64,000 nt of DNA from Clostridia bacterium (lineage in GTDB: Bacteria; Bacillota; Clostridia; RGIG6154). The stretch covers positions 26,265-90,264 of the forward strand of contig JAZUPZ010000029.1 in NCBI GenBank assembly GCA_045605445.1. Reading direction: 5' to 3'. The translations under genes and the position numbers were made by a program. Shown here in pieces: positions 27,206 to 36,540 of this stretch (position 1 is its first letter; every line of letters starts with the position of its first letter). The notes below the pieces were generated by a model, which saw nothing but the letters and a program-made list of their open reading frames with translations, was not told where the DNA came from and did no database searches.

Positions 27206-28117
27206 ATGAAAAAGTTGAAAAATGCAAGTTTTTGTGTAGTAAGTTGCATTTTACTTACAATTCTTATCCCTTTTTTTGTTTTTCTTTCAAAGGATAAGCC
27301 TCCGGCAAAAGAAGAAATAACTCTTGAGATTTACGATGAAACGCTTAATGAAGTATATGAAATGGGACTCGAAGATTATGTTTTGTGTGTTATAAGAAAA
27401 GAGGTTCCGTCGGGTTACCACGCTGAGGCGCTAAAGGCTCAGGCAGTAGCAATAAGAAGCTATGCTCTGAAAAAAGCCGGAAACAATTCTCATAATAATG
27501 CCGACCTTTGCACCTCTTTTTCCTGCTGTATGGCGTTTTTGTCCGATAAAGAAGCAGAAGAAAAATGGGGAGACGATTTTGAAAAGATAAACAGCATATA
27601 CAAAAAAGCTGTAGCGGAAACAAAAGGTCAGATTTTAAAGTATGAAGGTGAAATTGCAAATACTGTGTTTTTTGCAATTTCCTCGGGGAAAACCGAAAAT
27701 TCAAAGGATGTGTGGGGAGGGGAGGTTCCCTATCTTGTTAGTGTTGACAGCAGTGAAGACTTAACCGCCGAAGGCTTTGAAAGCGTACTTGAAATTACGG
27801 AGGAGGAGTTTAAAAACAAGCTTAATGTGGAAAACGGACTTGTAGGTGAAATTGAAAGAAGCGAAGGCGGTAGTGTCAGGAAAATAAAAATAGGAGGAAA
27901 AAGCTTTTCGGGGAGCGAAATAAGAAAAATATTCGGCTTAAGGTCGGCAAATTTTGAAATTGAAAGGGCAAACAGTATAAAATTCAAAGTAAAGGGCTAC
28001 GGACACGGCGTTGGAATGAGTCAGAACGGGGCTAATGAGTGTGCAAAAAAGGGGATGGCTTACGAAGAAATTCTTTATAAATACTATCAGGGAACCCTGC
28101 TTGTTGATTTATTCTGA
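27206..28117 (+). CDS. spoIID: Stage II sporulation protein D (SpoIID/LytB-domain lytic transglycosylase)
   Basis: The SpoIID signature GYHAEALKAQAVAIRSYAL is present, with an N-terminal TM anchor. Confidence 0.85.
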   Translation: MKKLKNASFCVVSCILLTILIPFFVFLSKDKPPAKEEITLEIYDETLNEVYEMGLEDYVLCVIRKEVPSGYHAEALKAQAVAIRSYALKKAGNNSHNNADLCTSFSCCMAFLSDKEAEEKWGDDFEKINSIYKKAVAETKGQILKYEGEIANTVFFAISSGKTENSKDVWGGEVPYLVSVDSSEDLTAEGFESVLEITEEEFKNKLNVENGLVGEIERSEGGSVRKIKIGGKSFSGSEIRKIFGLRSANFEIERANSIKFKVKGYGHGVGMSQNGANECAKKGMAYEEILYKYYQGTLLVDLF

Positions 28118-28174
28118 AAAAAGTGGTACAATGACTTTGAATACGGATTTAATTACAAAAGAGGAGTGAACTGA

Positions 28175-28621
28175 ATGTTTGAAATTCTCTCAAGTATAAT
28201 AAAATATGCTTTTGTAACGGCGATTTACTTTTTTATGTTCGGCATAATAAGGCTTATTTATTTTGACATTAAAAGAACAAGAATGGGAAGTGTTATAGAT
28301 GATGAGCCTTACATAAAGCTTATAAACAGAAGAAGTACCCTTAAATTTCGTGTTGAAGAAAGCTACAGCATAAAAGATAAAAGTACTGTGGGAAGAGGTG
28401 CAAAGGCTTCAATTATAATTCCCGACCCGTTTCTGTCTTCAGTTCACGCTCAGTTCAGAAAAGAGGGCGACGGCTTTGTTTTAATTGATAACGACAGTAC
28501 AAACGGAACTTTTGTAAACGGTGAAAAGCTGGAGGATGCCCCTTGTCTTATAAAAACAGGAGACCTTATTAAAATAGGTCAGCTTATGTTTATTTTCGTT
28601 TATCCCGAGGGAGAAGAATAA
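28175..28621 (+). CDS. Membrane-anchored FHA-domain protein
   Basis: An N-terminal TM helix is followed by an FHA motif (GR....I.I.D...S..HA.F....G...L.D..STNGTFVNG). Confidence 0.7.
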   Translation: MFEILSSIIKYAFVTAIYFFMFGIIRLIYFDIKRTRMGSVIDDEPYIKLINRRSTLKFRVEESYSIKDKSTVGRGAKASIIIPDPFLSSVHAQFRKEGDGFVLIDNDSTNGTFVNGEKLEDAPCLIKTGDLIKIGQLMFIFVYPEGEE

Positions 28622-29466
28622 TGAATAAAACAGTATTAAAAGCAAATTGCAAAATAAATCTTACCCTTGATGTTACCGGCAAAAGGGAGGACGGATACCA
28701 TCTGGTTTCAATGATAATGCAGTCTCTTGACCTTTGCGATACCGTTGAAATAACAAAATCGGACAAAATTTCAGTTTTCTGCGACAAGGGCGAGGTTCCT
28801 TGCGATGAAAGCAATATAGCCTTTAAGGCGGCAAAGCTCTTTTTCAAAAAAAACAACATAGAGGGCGGAGCTGAAATAAAAATAACCAAAAGAATTCCCG
28901 TTGCGGCGGGGCTTGCCGGAGGAAGTGCCGACGGGGCGGCGGTTTTAAAAGGGCTTAATGATTTGTATGAAACAAACAAAAGTGAAAATGAGCTTATGGA
29001 GGCAGGGCTTGAAATCGGCGCAGACGTTCCTTTTTGCATAATGGGCGGAACGGCGCTTGCTGAGGGAATAGGAGAAATTCTTACTCCGCTTAAGCCTTTT
29101 GAAAATGTTGTTGTCTGTCTTGCAAAACCAAACTTTTCGGTCAGCACCCCGAAGGCTTATGGAGAAATAGACAGAACCCCGCCAAAAAACCATCCTGATA
29201 ATAAAAGGGTTATAAGGGCAATCGAAGAGGGGAATCTTAAAGAGGTGTGCAACGGTCTTATAAATGTTTTCGAAGAGGTTACGAGAAAAGAACACCCTGA
29301 AATAGACGAAATTAAAAACGTTATGCTTTCAAAGGGAGCGCTGGGCGCAGCTATGAGCGGCTCGGGTCCCTCTGTTTACGGAATTTTCGACAGTGTGGAA
29401 AAGGCTCAGGATGCCTGCAACGCTCTGAAAGAAAAAATGTTTTGCACCGTAACAAAAACTGTATAA
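28621..29466 (+). CDS. ispE: 4-diphosphocytidyl-2-C-methyl-D-erythritol kinase
   Basis: It has the KINL.L.V.G.R.DGYH N-terminus and the GHMP motif PVAAGLAGGSADGAA. Confidence 0.9.
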   Translation: MNKTVLKANCKINLTLDVTGKREDGYHLVSMIMQSLDLCDTVEITKSDKISVFCDKGEVPCDESNIAFKAAKLFFKKNNIEGGAEIKITKRIPVAAGLAGGSADGAAVLKGLNDLYETNKSENELMEAGLEIGADVPFCIMGGTALAEGIGEILTPLKPFENVVVCLAKPNFSVSTPKAYGEIDRTPPKNHPDNKRVIRAIEEGNLKEVCNGLINVFEEVTRKEHPEIDEIKNVMLSKGALGAAMSGSGPSVYGIFDSVEKAQDACNALKEKMFCTVTKTV

Positions 29467-29505
29467 AACAAAAAATATGAGGCTATAATTTCTTCAGAAA
29501 GGAAA

Positions 29506-30096
29506 GTGATTCATTTGAAGAAAATTACAGTCTCTTTTTTTATTGTTATTGTACTTATTTCCGGTGTTTTTTTACATTTAAGGCAGGTTAAGGAAAATAT
29601 AAGCTCAAGTCTTATAAGAATGCACATAATTGCAAACAGCAACAGCCCTTCAGACCAGCAGGTGAAGCTTAAAATAAGGGACAGGCTTTTTGAAGCATAT
29701 TCCTTTGAGACAGACAGTCTTTCAAAAGAGAAGGAATTCATCAGAGCGAATTTAAAAAACATTACCTCTGACGTAAATAAATGGCTTAAAGAAGAAGGTT
29801 TTGAATATACTGCAAGGGCTTATCTTGCCTCAGGCAGCTTTCCTACGAAGGAATACGGAAATCTTTCCCTTCCAAAAGGGGAATATACCGCCTTCAGGGT
29901 GGTGCTTGGCGATGGTAAGGGGGAAAACTGGTGGTGCGTAATGTTTCCTCCTCTTTGTTTTGCAGACTCCTCCGTTGGCGAAATTGACGAAAAGGGTGGG
30001 AAATACTTGAAGCAAGCCCTCTCGGAGGAGGAATACAGCCTTGTTACGGGAGGAAATACAAAAATAAAATTCAAGCTTCTGGAGTGGTTAAACTAA
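29506..30096 (+). CDS. spoIIR: Stage II sporulation protein R
   Basis: The SpoIIR motif IRMHIIANSNSPSDQQVKLKIRD is present. The start is GTG with an RBS gaaaggaaag. Confidence 0.8.
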   Translation: MIHLKKITVSFFIVIVLISGVFLHLRQVKENISSSLIRMHIIANSNSPSDQQVKLKIRDRLFEAYSFETDSLSKEKEFIRANLKNITSDVNKWLKEEGFEYTARAYLASGSFPTKEYGNLSLPKGEYTAFRVVLGDGKGENWWCVMFPPLCFADSSVGEIDEKGGKYLKQALSEEEYSLVTGGNTKIKFKLLEWLN

Positions 30097-30205
30097 AAAA
30101 TTACCAAATATTATGTTACTTTTGCCCAAGCTTATTTCGTTGACAACAGCCCCTGCTTTGTGGTAAAATTATAATGATATATTATGATTTTCAGTGGGGG
30201 ACGTT

Positions 30206-32086
30206 ATGGAACGTAAAGTAAAAAGATATTCTCCGTATGTTTTTGCGGTTACTGACCTTGTGTGTATTCTTCTGTCATTTCTTTTTGCAGTTGCAATGAT
30301 AGATGCAGGAAGAATAGTAACTGAGGGGTTATGGAGAAAAATTTTAAGCAATGCGTTTATCTTTTACGGAATTACTGTTGTATTTCAGCTTATTTTCCGG
30401 TGCCCGAAGAGCATCTGGACAAAGGCAAATGTAGACGATTATGCAAACTTTTTTATATCCTGCATTGCAACAATTGCGGTTGACATTGTTTTAAGCATGC
30501 TTCTTCACGATGCTATGCTTCCCGTAAAAGACAATATATTAGGTGTTCTCACCGCAACGACTTTGATTGTTGTGTCAAGAATTGCCGTTAAATATATCGG
30601 GAAATATCTGAATATGGTTATTCTGAAAACCTATAATCCAAGTCATAAAAACCTTCTAATTGTAGGTGCCGGTGTTGCGGCAAAAATACTTATTTCGGAT
30701 ATAATCGATGTTAAGGCGCAGAAATATAATATAATCGGCTTTATTGACGATGATGTGAGAAAACAGAATTACAGCTATCTTGGTTATAAGGTTCTCGGTA
30801 CCAGGGATGATATTATAAAAATCTGCGAGGAAAAGCTGGTTGATGAAATAATTGTTGCCATTCCTTCGGGACATAAGGAGGATATCAGCAAAATTGTTGA
30901 CATCTGCAGTAAAACCGTTTGCAAGGTTAAAATTATTCCCGATGTTTTCGGAACCGTAAAAAGCTCAAACGGAATTTTAAGACAGGCAAGAGATGTTGAA
31001 ATTGAAGACCTTCTGCCCAGAACGGAAATCCGTCTTGATAACAGCGAAATTTCCGAACAGCTCAACGGAAAAGTTGTTCTTGTAACCGGAGGAGGCGGCT
31101 CAATCGGAAGCGAGCTTTGCCGTCAGATTGCAAAATTTTCTCCCAAGCAGCTTATCGTTGTTGATATTTATGAAAATAATGCTTACGACCTTCAGAATGA
31201 GCTCAGATTTGAACATCCTTATCTCGATGTTGAGGTTCTTATTGCTTCAATCAGGGATTACGACAGGATGGACTCTATTTTCAAAACCTATAATCCTTAT
31301 ATTGTTTTTCATGCAGCAGCTCATAAACACGTTCCGCTTATGGAGGATTCTCCCGGTGAAGCTGTTAAAAACAATATTTTCGGAACCTATAACGTTGCAA
31401 AATGTGCAAGCGTGAACAAAATAGAAAAATTTGTTATGATTTCAACAGACAAGGCGGTTAACCCTACAAATGTTATGGGAGCAACCAAAAAGTTCTGCGA
31501 AATGATTATAGGTGCTTTCCAGGCTCAGGAGGGCACAAGATTTGCAATAGTGCGTTTCGGTAACGTTCTTGGAAGCAACGGCTCGGTAATTCCTTTGTTT
31601 AAAAGGCAGATTGCCAAGGGCGGTCCCGTTACCGTAACTCATAAAGATATAACAAGATATTTTATGACAATTCCCGAGGCTGCTCAGCTTGTGCTTCAGG
31701 CTTCTGCCTATGCACAGGGCGGAGAAATTTTCGTTCTTGATATGGGAAGACCTGTTAAAATTTACGACCTTGCGGTTAACGTAATCAAGCTTTCGGGTTT
31801 CGTTCCCGAGGAGGATATAAAAATTGAGGTTACCGGTTTAAGACCCGGCGAAAAGCTTTATGAAGAGCTCCTTACCGCCGAGGACGGACTTAAAGGAACT
31901 TATAATAAGAGTATTTTCGTTGCTCAGCCCCATTCCTTTACAATGGATGAGGTTCTCGCAAAAATGGACGAGCTTAAAAAGGCTCTTGAAAGCGGTGAAA
32001 ACAAAAAGGTTGTGAAAACTCTTCACGAGGTTGTTCCTTCCTTTGTTCCGGCGGAGATATTTAACGCACAAAAACAAAACCAATAA
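30206..32086 (+). CDS. Membrane-bound NDP-sugar 4,6-dehydratase/epimerase (CapD/PglF/WbpM family)
   Basis: N-terminal TM helices are followed by a Rossmann LVTGGGGSIGSEL and the Polysacc_synt_2 domain. I chose the ATG at 30206, with RBS ggggga, over the GTG at 30194. Confidence 0.85.
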   Translation: MERKVKRYSPYVFAVTDLVCILLSFLFAVAMIDAGRIVTEGLWRKILSNAFIFYGITVVFQLIFRCPKSIWTKANVDDYANFFISCIATIAVDIVLSMLLHDAMLPVKDNILGVLTATTLIVVSRIAVKYIGKYLNMVILKTYNPSHKNLLIVGAGVAAKILISDIIDVKAQKYNIIGFIDDDVRKQNYSYLGYKVLGTRDDIIKICEEKLVDEIIVAIPSGHKEDISKIVDICSKTVCKVKIIPDVFGTVKSSNGILRQARDVEIEDLLPRTEIRLDNSEISEQLNGKVVLVTGGGGSIGSELCRQIAKFSPKQLIVVDIYENNAYDLQNELRFEHPYLDVEVLIASIRDYDRMDSIFKTYNPYIVFHAAAHKHVPLMEDSPGEAVKNNIFGTYNVAKCASVNKIEKFVMISTDKAVNPTNVMGATKKFCEMIIGAFQAQEGTRFAIVRFGNVLGSNGSVIPLFKRQIAKGGPVTVTHKDITRYFMTIPEAAQLVLQASAYAQGGEIFVLDMGRPVKIYDLAVNVIKLSGFVPEEDIKIEVTGLRPGEKLYEELLTAEDGLKGTYNKSIFVAQPHSFTMDEVLAKMDELKKALESGENKKVVKTLHEVVPSFVPAEIFNAQKQNQ

Positions 32087-32087
32087 A

Positions 32088-32124
32088 AAAGAAGCTGTAA
32101 AACATTTGCTTTACAGCTTCTTTT
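32088..32124. terminator. Bidirectional terminator: stem gaagctgtaaa/tttacagcttc with flanking A/T runs
   Basis: It lies between two convergent genes and has the same loop core gtaaaacatttg as the terminator at 25648. Confidence 0.65.
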
Positions 32125-32313
32125 TTATTCAATATTTAATTTAACTTGCTTAACCGTTCTTCTTTTTCGTACAACCTTTTTGGTTAAGTCAAATTTATAT
32201 TTTTTGCAGGGAGAGTCGCCCGCCAGAACTCCGTGCTTCTGACAGAGGATTTCTTCAGATAAAATTATTTTATTTCCGTAAACACAGGTCGTGCAGGAGG
32301 ATACGTTTTCCAT
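32125..32313 (-). CDS. Small (62 aa) hypothetical protein with four Cys (possible zinc ribbon)
   Basis: I placed the start at MENVSSCTTC, where an AAGGAG RBS lies 8 nt upstream. The longer track ORF lacks an RBS. Confidence 0.35.
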   Translation of the reverse strand: MENVSSCTTCVYGNKIILSEEILCQKHGVLAGDSPCKKYKFDLTKKVVRKRRTVKQVKLNIE

Positions 32314-32467
32314 TTTTAAAACTCCTTCGTGTTGTTTGTATATTATTCTACCATATAACCGAAAATATTGCAAATTAAATTTAGTTGCAGACTCTGATAA
32401 AATATGGTAAAATAATATATTATTGAATATACTGGAATAATACAGACAAACTTAACGGGAGGCATAT

Positions 32468-34063
32468 ATGGAAACAAAAAGCAGAAAACAGGGCTTTGTT
32501 CAGGGTGCACTTATTCTTGCGGCTGCTAACCTTTTTGTAAAAATAATCGGCGGATTGTATAAAATACCTCTTCGTCGCTTTATTATAGGTCCCGACGGAA
32601 TGGGAATATACAACGCTTCATACAGTATTTATAATATTTTGTTTATAATTGCAACAGCAGGACTTCCCGTTGCAATTTCGAAAATGATTTCTGAAAGTAT
32701 AGCAAGAGAAAAATATTCCGAAGTAAGAAAAATATATAAAATTGCAAGACTGTTGCTTTTTATAATCGGAGTGTTCGGCGGGGCAGTTTTGTTTTTTGGT
32801 GCCCGCTATTTCGCTGAATTTATTACGGCAGAGTCGGCTTATAAAGGCATAATGGCTTTGGCACCCTGTATGTTTTTTGTTTCAATAATGAGCGTTTACA
32901 GAGGTTTTAACCAGGGAATGTCGAATATGATTCCAACGGCAGTTTCAGAGGTTATCGAGTCTTTTGGTAAGCTGTTTTTAGGGCTTGCTCTTGCATATCT
33001 GTTTTTGCCAATGGGAAAACCTACTGCGGCTGCAGGAGCAATTCTCGGCGTTTCAACGGGAGCTTTTTTAAGTGCGGCATATCTTTTTGTTAACCAGATA
33101 AAATTAAACAGAGAATTAAAACAAAAAATAGCTCAGAGTGATAAAAATGTAAAGTGCAGCAGTAACAGAGAAATTTTTGTAAAGCTTATAAAGCTTGCCG
33201 TTCCCATAACTCTCGGAGCCTCGGTTTTTACTCTGGCAAGCACAATAGACCTTGTTATGATAATGCGTCAGCTTGCAGGGCTTGGTTTTGACGAAGAAAC
33301 AAGAACAACCCTTTACGGCTATTATTCCGGTGATGCGGTAACAATGTTCAATCTGCCGCCAACGGTTATAACTGCTCTTTGTGTAAGCATTGTGCCTGCA
33401 ATTGCAAGTGCAATGGCAAAGGGAGACAGACTTGGGGCAAAGAAAACAACCGAAACCGCAATAAGACTTGCTCTTATGTTTGCTCTTCCCTGCGGAGTAG
33501 GTATGTCAGTTCTTTCGGGACCTATTCTTAATTTTGCCATGGGCGATGCAGGCGCGGAAACCCTTCTTGGAATTCTTGCTTACGGAAGTATTTTCGTTTC
33601 GGTTGTAATGATTTCAAATTCAATTCTGCAGTCTCTGGGAAAGGTTTGGCTTCCCGTTATTCATATGTGTATCGGCGGAGCGGTAAAGGTAATAGTAAAC
33701 TATATCCTTGTGGGAAATATTGACATAAATATAAACGGTGCCCCGGTGGGAACCGACTGTTGTTATTTCGTAACAGCGGCGCTTAATCTTATTTCTATTC
33801 ACAAATGCATAAAACCAAACTACGGCGTTGGCTTTATATTAAAGTCGCTGGCGTCTGTTGCGGTAATGGGCGTTGTGGCATATTTCAGTTACGGTTTCCT
33901 TGTTCCTTATGTGGGAGCAACAATTTCCCTTATTCTGTCAATAAGTGTTGCCGCAGTAGTATATTTTGTTCTTTTAATCGGCACAAAAGCAATTGAAAAA
34001 CAGGATATTCTTGCAATGCCCAAATCGGAAAAAATACTGAAATTGCTCGGAAGATTCATATAA
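32468..34063 (+). CDS. MOP-superfamily flippase, SpoVB/YabM-like (stage V sporulation protein B family)
   Basis: It has 12-14 TM helices. The N-terminal GFVQGALILAAANLFVKIIGGLYKIPL is typical of SpoVB/MurJ-like proteins. It sits in the conserved position upstream of hup and yabO. Confidence 0.7.
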   Translation: METKSRKQGFVQGALILAAANLFVKIIGGLYKIPLRRFIIGPDGMGIYNASYSIYNILFIIATAGLPVAISKMISESIAREKYSEVRKIYKIARLLLFIIGVFGGAVLFFGARYFAEFITAESAYKGIMALAPCMFFVSIMSVYRGFNQGMSNMIPTAVSEVIESFGKLFLGLALAYLFLPMGKPTAAAGAILGVSTGAFLSAAYLFVNQIKLNRELKQKIAQSDKNVKCSSNREIFVKLIKLAVPITLGASVFTLASTIDLVMIMRQLAGLGFDEETRTTLYGYYSGDAVTMFNLPPTVITALCVSIVPAIASAMAKGDRLGAKKTTETAIRLALMFALPCGVGMSVLSGPILNFAMGDAGAETLLGILAYGSIFVSVVMISNSILQSLGKVWLPVIHMCIGGAVKVIVNYILVGNIDININGAPVGTDCCYFVTAALNLISIHKCIKPNYGVGFILKSLASVAVMGVVAYFSYGFLVPYVGATISLILSISVAAVVYFVLLIGTKAIEKQDILAMPKSEKILKLLGRFI

Positions 34064-34140
34064 ACTCCGGTGAAATGGGTTAAAATAGCTGAAAAAAGGG
34101 TAAAAATTATACAAAAACACCAAAAATTTTAAAAAAGTAC

Positions 34141-34169
34141 TTGAATAATTGAAAATAATTGGTTATAAT
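34141..34169 (+). promoter_or_regulatory. Strong sigma-A promoter TTGAAT-17-TATAAT upstream of hup
   Basis: The consensus hexamers have exact 17-nt spacing. Confidence 0.55.
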
Positions 34170-34242
34170 GGATTTATGAATAAAATGGTGTAAACCTTTT
34201 TATATCCCAATTTTAAAAAATTTATAGGAGGTGAATTTGGTC

Positions 34243-34515
34243 GTGAATAAAACAGAATTAGTTGCTGCTATCGCAGAAAAAGCTGGCTTGAAAAAGACAG
34301 ATGCTGAAAAAGCTCTTAACGCTCTTATCGAAAGCGTAGAAGGTGCTCTTAAAGCAAACGACAAAGTTCAGTTAGTAGGATTCGGTACATTCGAAGTTAA
34401 AACAAGAGCTGCAAGAAAAGGTAGAAATCCTCAGACAAAGCAGGAAATTACTATCCCTGCATCAAAGGCTCCTGCATTCAAAGCAGGTAAAGCATTCAAG
34501 GATGCTATCAAATAA
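34243..34515 (+). CDS. hup: DNA-binding protein HU
   Basis: MNKTELVAAIAEK...GFGTFEV..RAAR.GRNPQT is the canonical HU signature. I chose the GTG at 34243; the track ORF begins 12 nt earlier inside the RBS. Confidence 0.9.
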   Translation: MNKTELVAAIAEKAGLKKTDAEKALNALIESVEGALKANDKVQLVGFGTFEVKTRAARKGRNPQTKQEITIPASKAPAFKAGKAFKDAIK

Positions 34516-34534
34516 TTATATATTTGAAGTCTTA

Positions 34535-34568
34535 TAAAGCAGCTTTTTAAGCTGCTTTATTTTTTATG
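34535..34568 (+). terminator. Intrinsic terminator after hup (aaagcagc-ttttta-gctgcttt plus T-run)
   Basis: A hairpin is followed by a poly-T tract. Confidence 0.6.
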
Positions 34569-34579
34569 GAAGAAGTAAT

Positions 34580-34822
34580 ATGAGAATAGATAAATTTTTA
34601 AAGGTATCAAGAATAATAAAAAGAAGAACTGTTGCAAACGAAGCCTGCGACAAGGGCAAAATAACCTTAAACGGTAAAGTTGCAAAGGCCTCTGCCAATG
34701 TTTCAGCAGGTGACATAATGGAGATCACTTTCGGAGAGAAAACCGTTAAGTTTGAAATCTTAAAAGTTGATGAGCATGTTAAAAAAGAAGATGCTCCTCT
34801 TATGTACAGGCAGTTCGATTAA
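34580..34822 (+). CDS. S4-domain RNA-binding protein, YabO/Hsp15-like (RqcP-type)
   Basis: An S4 fold (MRIDKFLKVSRIIKRRTVANEACDKGKITLNG) sits in the conserved position after hup. Confidence 0.8.
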   Translation: MRIDKFLKVSRIIKRRTVANEACDKGKITLNGKVAKASANVSAGDIMEITFGEKTVKFEILKVDEHVKKEDAPLMYRQFD

Positions 34823-34870
34823 GATAGAAATTTTGAAATTGCTGTCTTAAAAAGAATAAATAATAAAAAT

Positions 34871-34909
34871 TGTTGAAACTCACTGGTTTTGTCAGGAGTT
34901 TCTTTTTTT
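34871..34909 (+). terminator. Intrinsic terminator (gaaactc...gagtttc plus T8). A second hairpin at 34917-34944 (atttcaacc-ggcg-gttgaaat plus T-run) follows.
   Basis: Hairpins with U-tracts can be read directly in the sequence. Confidence 0.6.
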
Positions 34910-34968
34910 TAAAATAAATTTCAACCGGCGGTTGAAATTTTTTGTATTATAGGGTAAAATAATTACAG

Positions 34969-36423
34969 GTGATACAAATGACAGTTGATAAAATGGCGGA
35001 AAGCCTTAAAAAATTAAGAAAAAAATTAAATATGTCCCAGCAGGAATTCGGCGAGGCGCTGGGAGTTTCAAACAGAGCCGTTTCAAAGTGGGAAAAAGGG
35101 CTTTCAAAGCCCGGAATGCAAACCTGGCTTAAAATTTCCGAGCGCTTCAATGTGCCTATTGATAAGTTTATAAAGCCCGCAAGGGAGGAAATAAAAACAG
35201 ACAGAGTTAAAACAAAGAAAACAACTCTTCCTTCAATAAAGGGGCTTTATAAAATCGGCAGAGGGCCTTCAAGCTCACATACAATGGCGCCTGAAAAGGT
35301 TTGTAAAATATTCAAGAAAAAATATGAAGATGCCGACTTTTTTGAGGTGCACCTTTTCGGCTCCCTTGCCAAAAACGGAAGGGGAAGCCTTACCGATAAG
35401 GTTATAGAAAGAGTTTTTTATCCCGTTGATGTGAAAATTCATTTCGACTATTCGGGAGTGGATCTGCCCCATCCCAACACTATGGAGCTTTATGCTTTCA
35501 AGAAAAATAAAAAGCTCGGCTTTATGAGGGCGTACAGCACCGGCGGCGGTGATATTGAGGCTGAAGGCGAGGTTCTTGAAACTGTAAATGATGTTTACCC
35601 CTTCAATAAGTTTGAACAGATAGCAAACTATTGCTTTGAAAACAACAAAAAGCTGTGGCAGGTGGTTGAAGAATTCGAGGGCGAGGGCATATGGGAGTAC
35701 CTTGAAAAAATATGGGAAACTATGAAAAAAACAATTCAAAAAGGGCTTGAAGAGGAGGGAACTCTTCCCGGAGGGCTTGACGTTAAAAGAAAAGCAAAAT
35801 TCCTTTTTAATCAGAGGCATATGGACGAAAGCAGCGAAACAAAGCAGAATCGAATTGTTTGCTCCTATGCTTTTGCAACCTCCGAGCAGAATGCCTGCGG
35901 CGGAATTGTTGTAACTGCGCCAACCTGCGGAGCTTCGGGAGTTCTTCCTGCGGTTTTGCTGTATAATCAGGAAAAAAGAGGATTTACGGATAAGGAAATT
36001 TACAGAGCTCTTGCGGTTGCGGGGCTTGTGGGAACGATAATAAAAACCAATGCCTCCATAAGCGGGGCAGAGTGCGGATGTCAGGCAGAAATCGGAACAG
36101 CGTGTTCAATGGCAGCGGCAGCTCTGGGGCAGCTTTTCGGTCTTGAAATTGACCAGATTGAGTATGCTGCAGAGGTCGCAATGGAGCACCATCTGGGACT
36201 TACCTGCGACCCTATTGCAGAGCTTGTGCAAATTCCCTGCATTGAAAGAAATGCAGTTGCGGCAATGAGAGCAATAAACTCGGTTAGTCTTGCAAATTTT
36301 CTGAGCGGCTCCAGAAAAATTTCCTTCGACCTGGTGATAGATACAATGTACGAAACAGGTAAAGATATGTCTAAAAATTACAGAGAAACAAGCGAAGGCG
36401 GACTTGCAAAGCTTTATAACTAA
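34969..36423 (+). CDS. L-serine dehydratase (Fe-S type) with an N-terminal XRE-family HTH domain fused
   Basis: Residues 1-60 form an HTH_3 (LRKKLNMSQQEFGEALGVSNRAVSKWEKG). The GPSSSHTMAP and CGG..VTAPTCGASGVLPAVL motifs of the serine dehydratase family follow. Confidence 0.7.
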   Translation: MIQMTVDKMAESLKKLRKKLNMSQQEFGEALGVSNRAVSKWEKGLSKPGMQTWLKISERFNVPIDKFIKPAREEIKTDRVKTKKTTLPSIKGLYKIGRGPSSSHTMAPEKVCKIFKKKYEDADFFEVHLFGSLAKNGRGSLTDKVIERVFYPVDVKIHFDYSGVDLPHPNTMELYAFKKNKKLGFMRAYSTGGGDIEAEGEVLETVNDVYPFNKFEQIANYCFENNKKLWQVVEEFEGEGIWEYLEKIWETMKKTIQKGLEEEGTLPGGLDVKRKAKFLFNQRHMDESSETKQNRIVCSYAFATSEQNACGGIVVTAPTCGASGVLPAVLLYNQEKRGFTDKEIYRALAVAGLVGTIIKTNASISGAECGCQAEIGTACSMAAAALGQLFGLEIDQIEYAAEVAMEHHLGLTCDPIAELVQIPCIERNAVAAMRAINSVSLANFLSGSRKISFDLVIDTMYETGKDMSKNYRETSEGGLAKLYN

Positions 36424-36540
36424 AGGTCTGCTGTAAAGACAAGCCGTCAAAAAAACAACGGAAAAATAGGAGCATATGAAACTGTATTCTTAAAACAGAA
36501 ATGTTGAATTGACTTTTATATACAAGAAACGGAGAAACTT

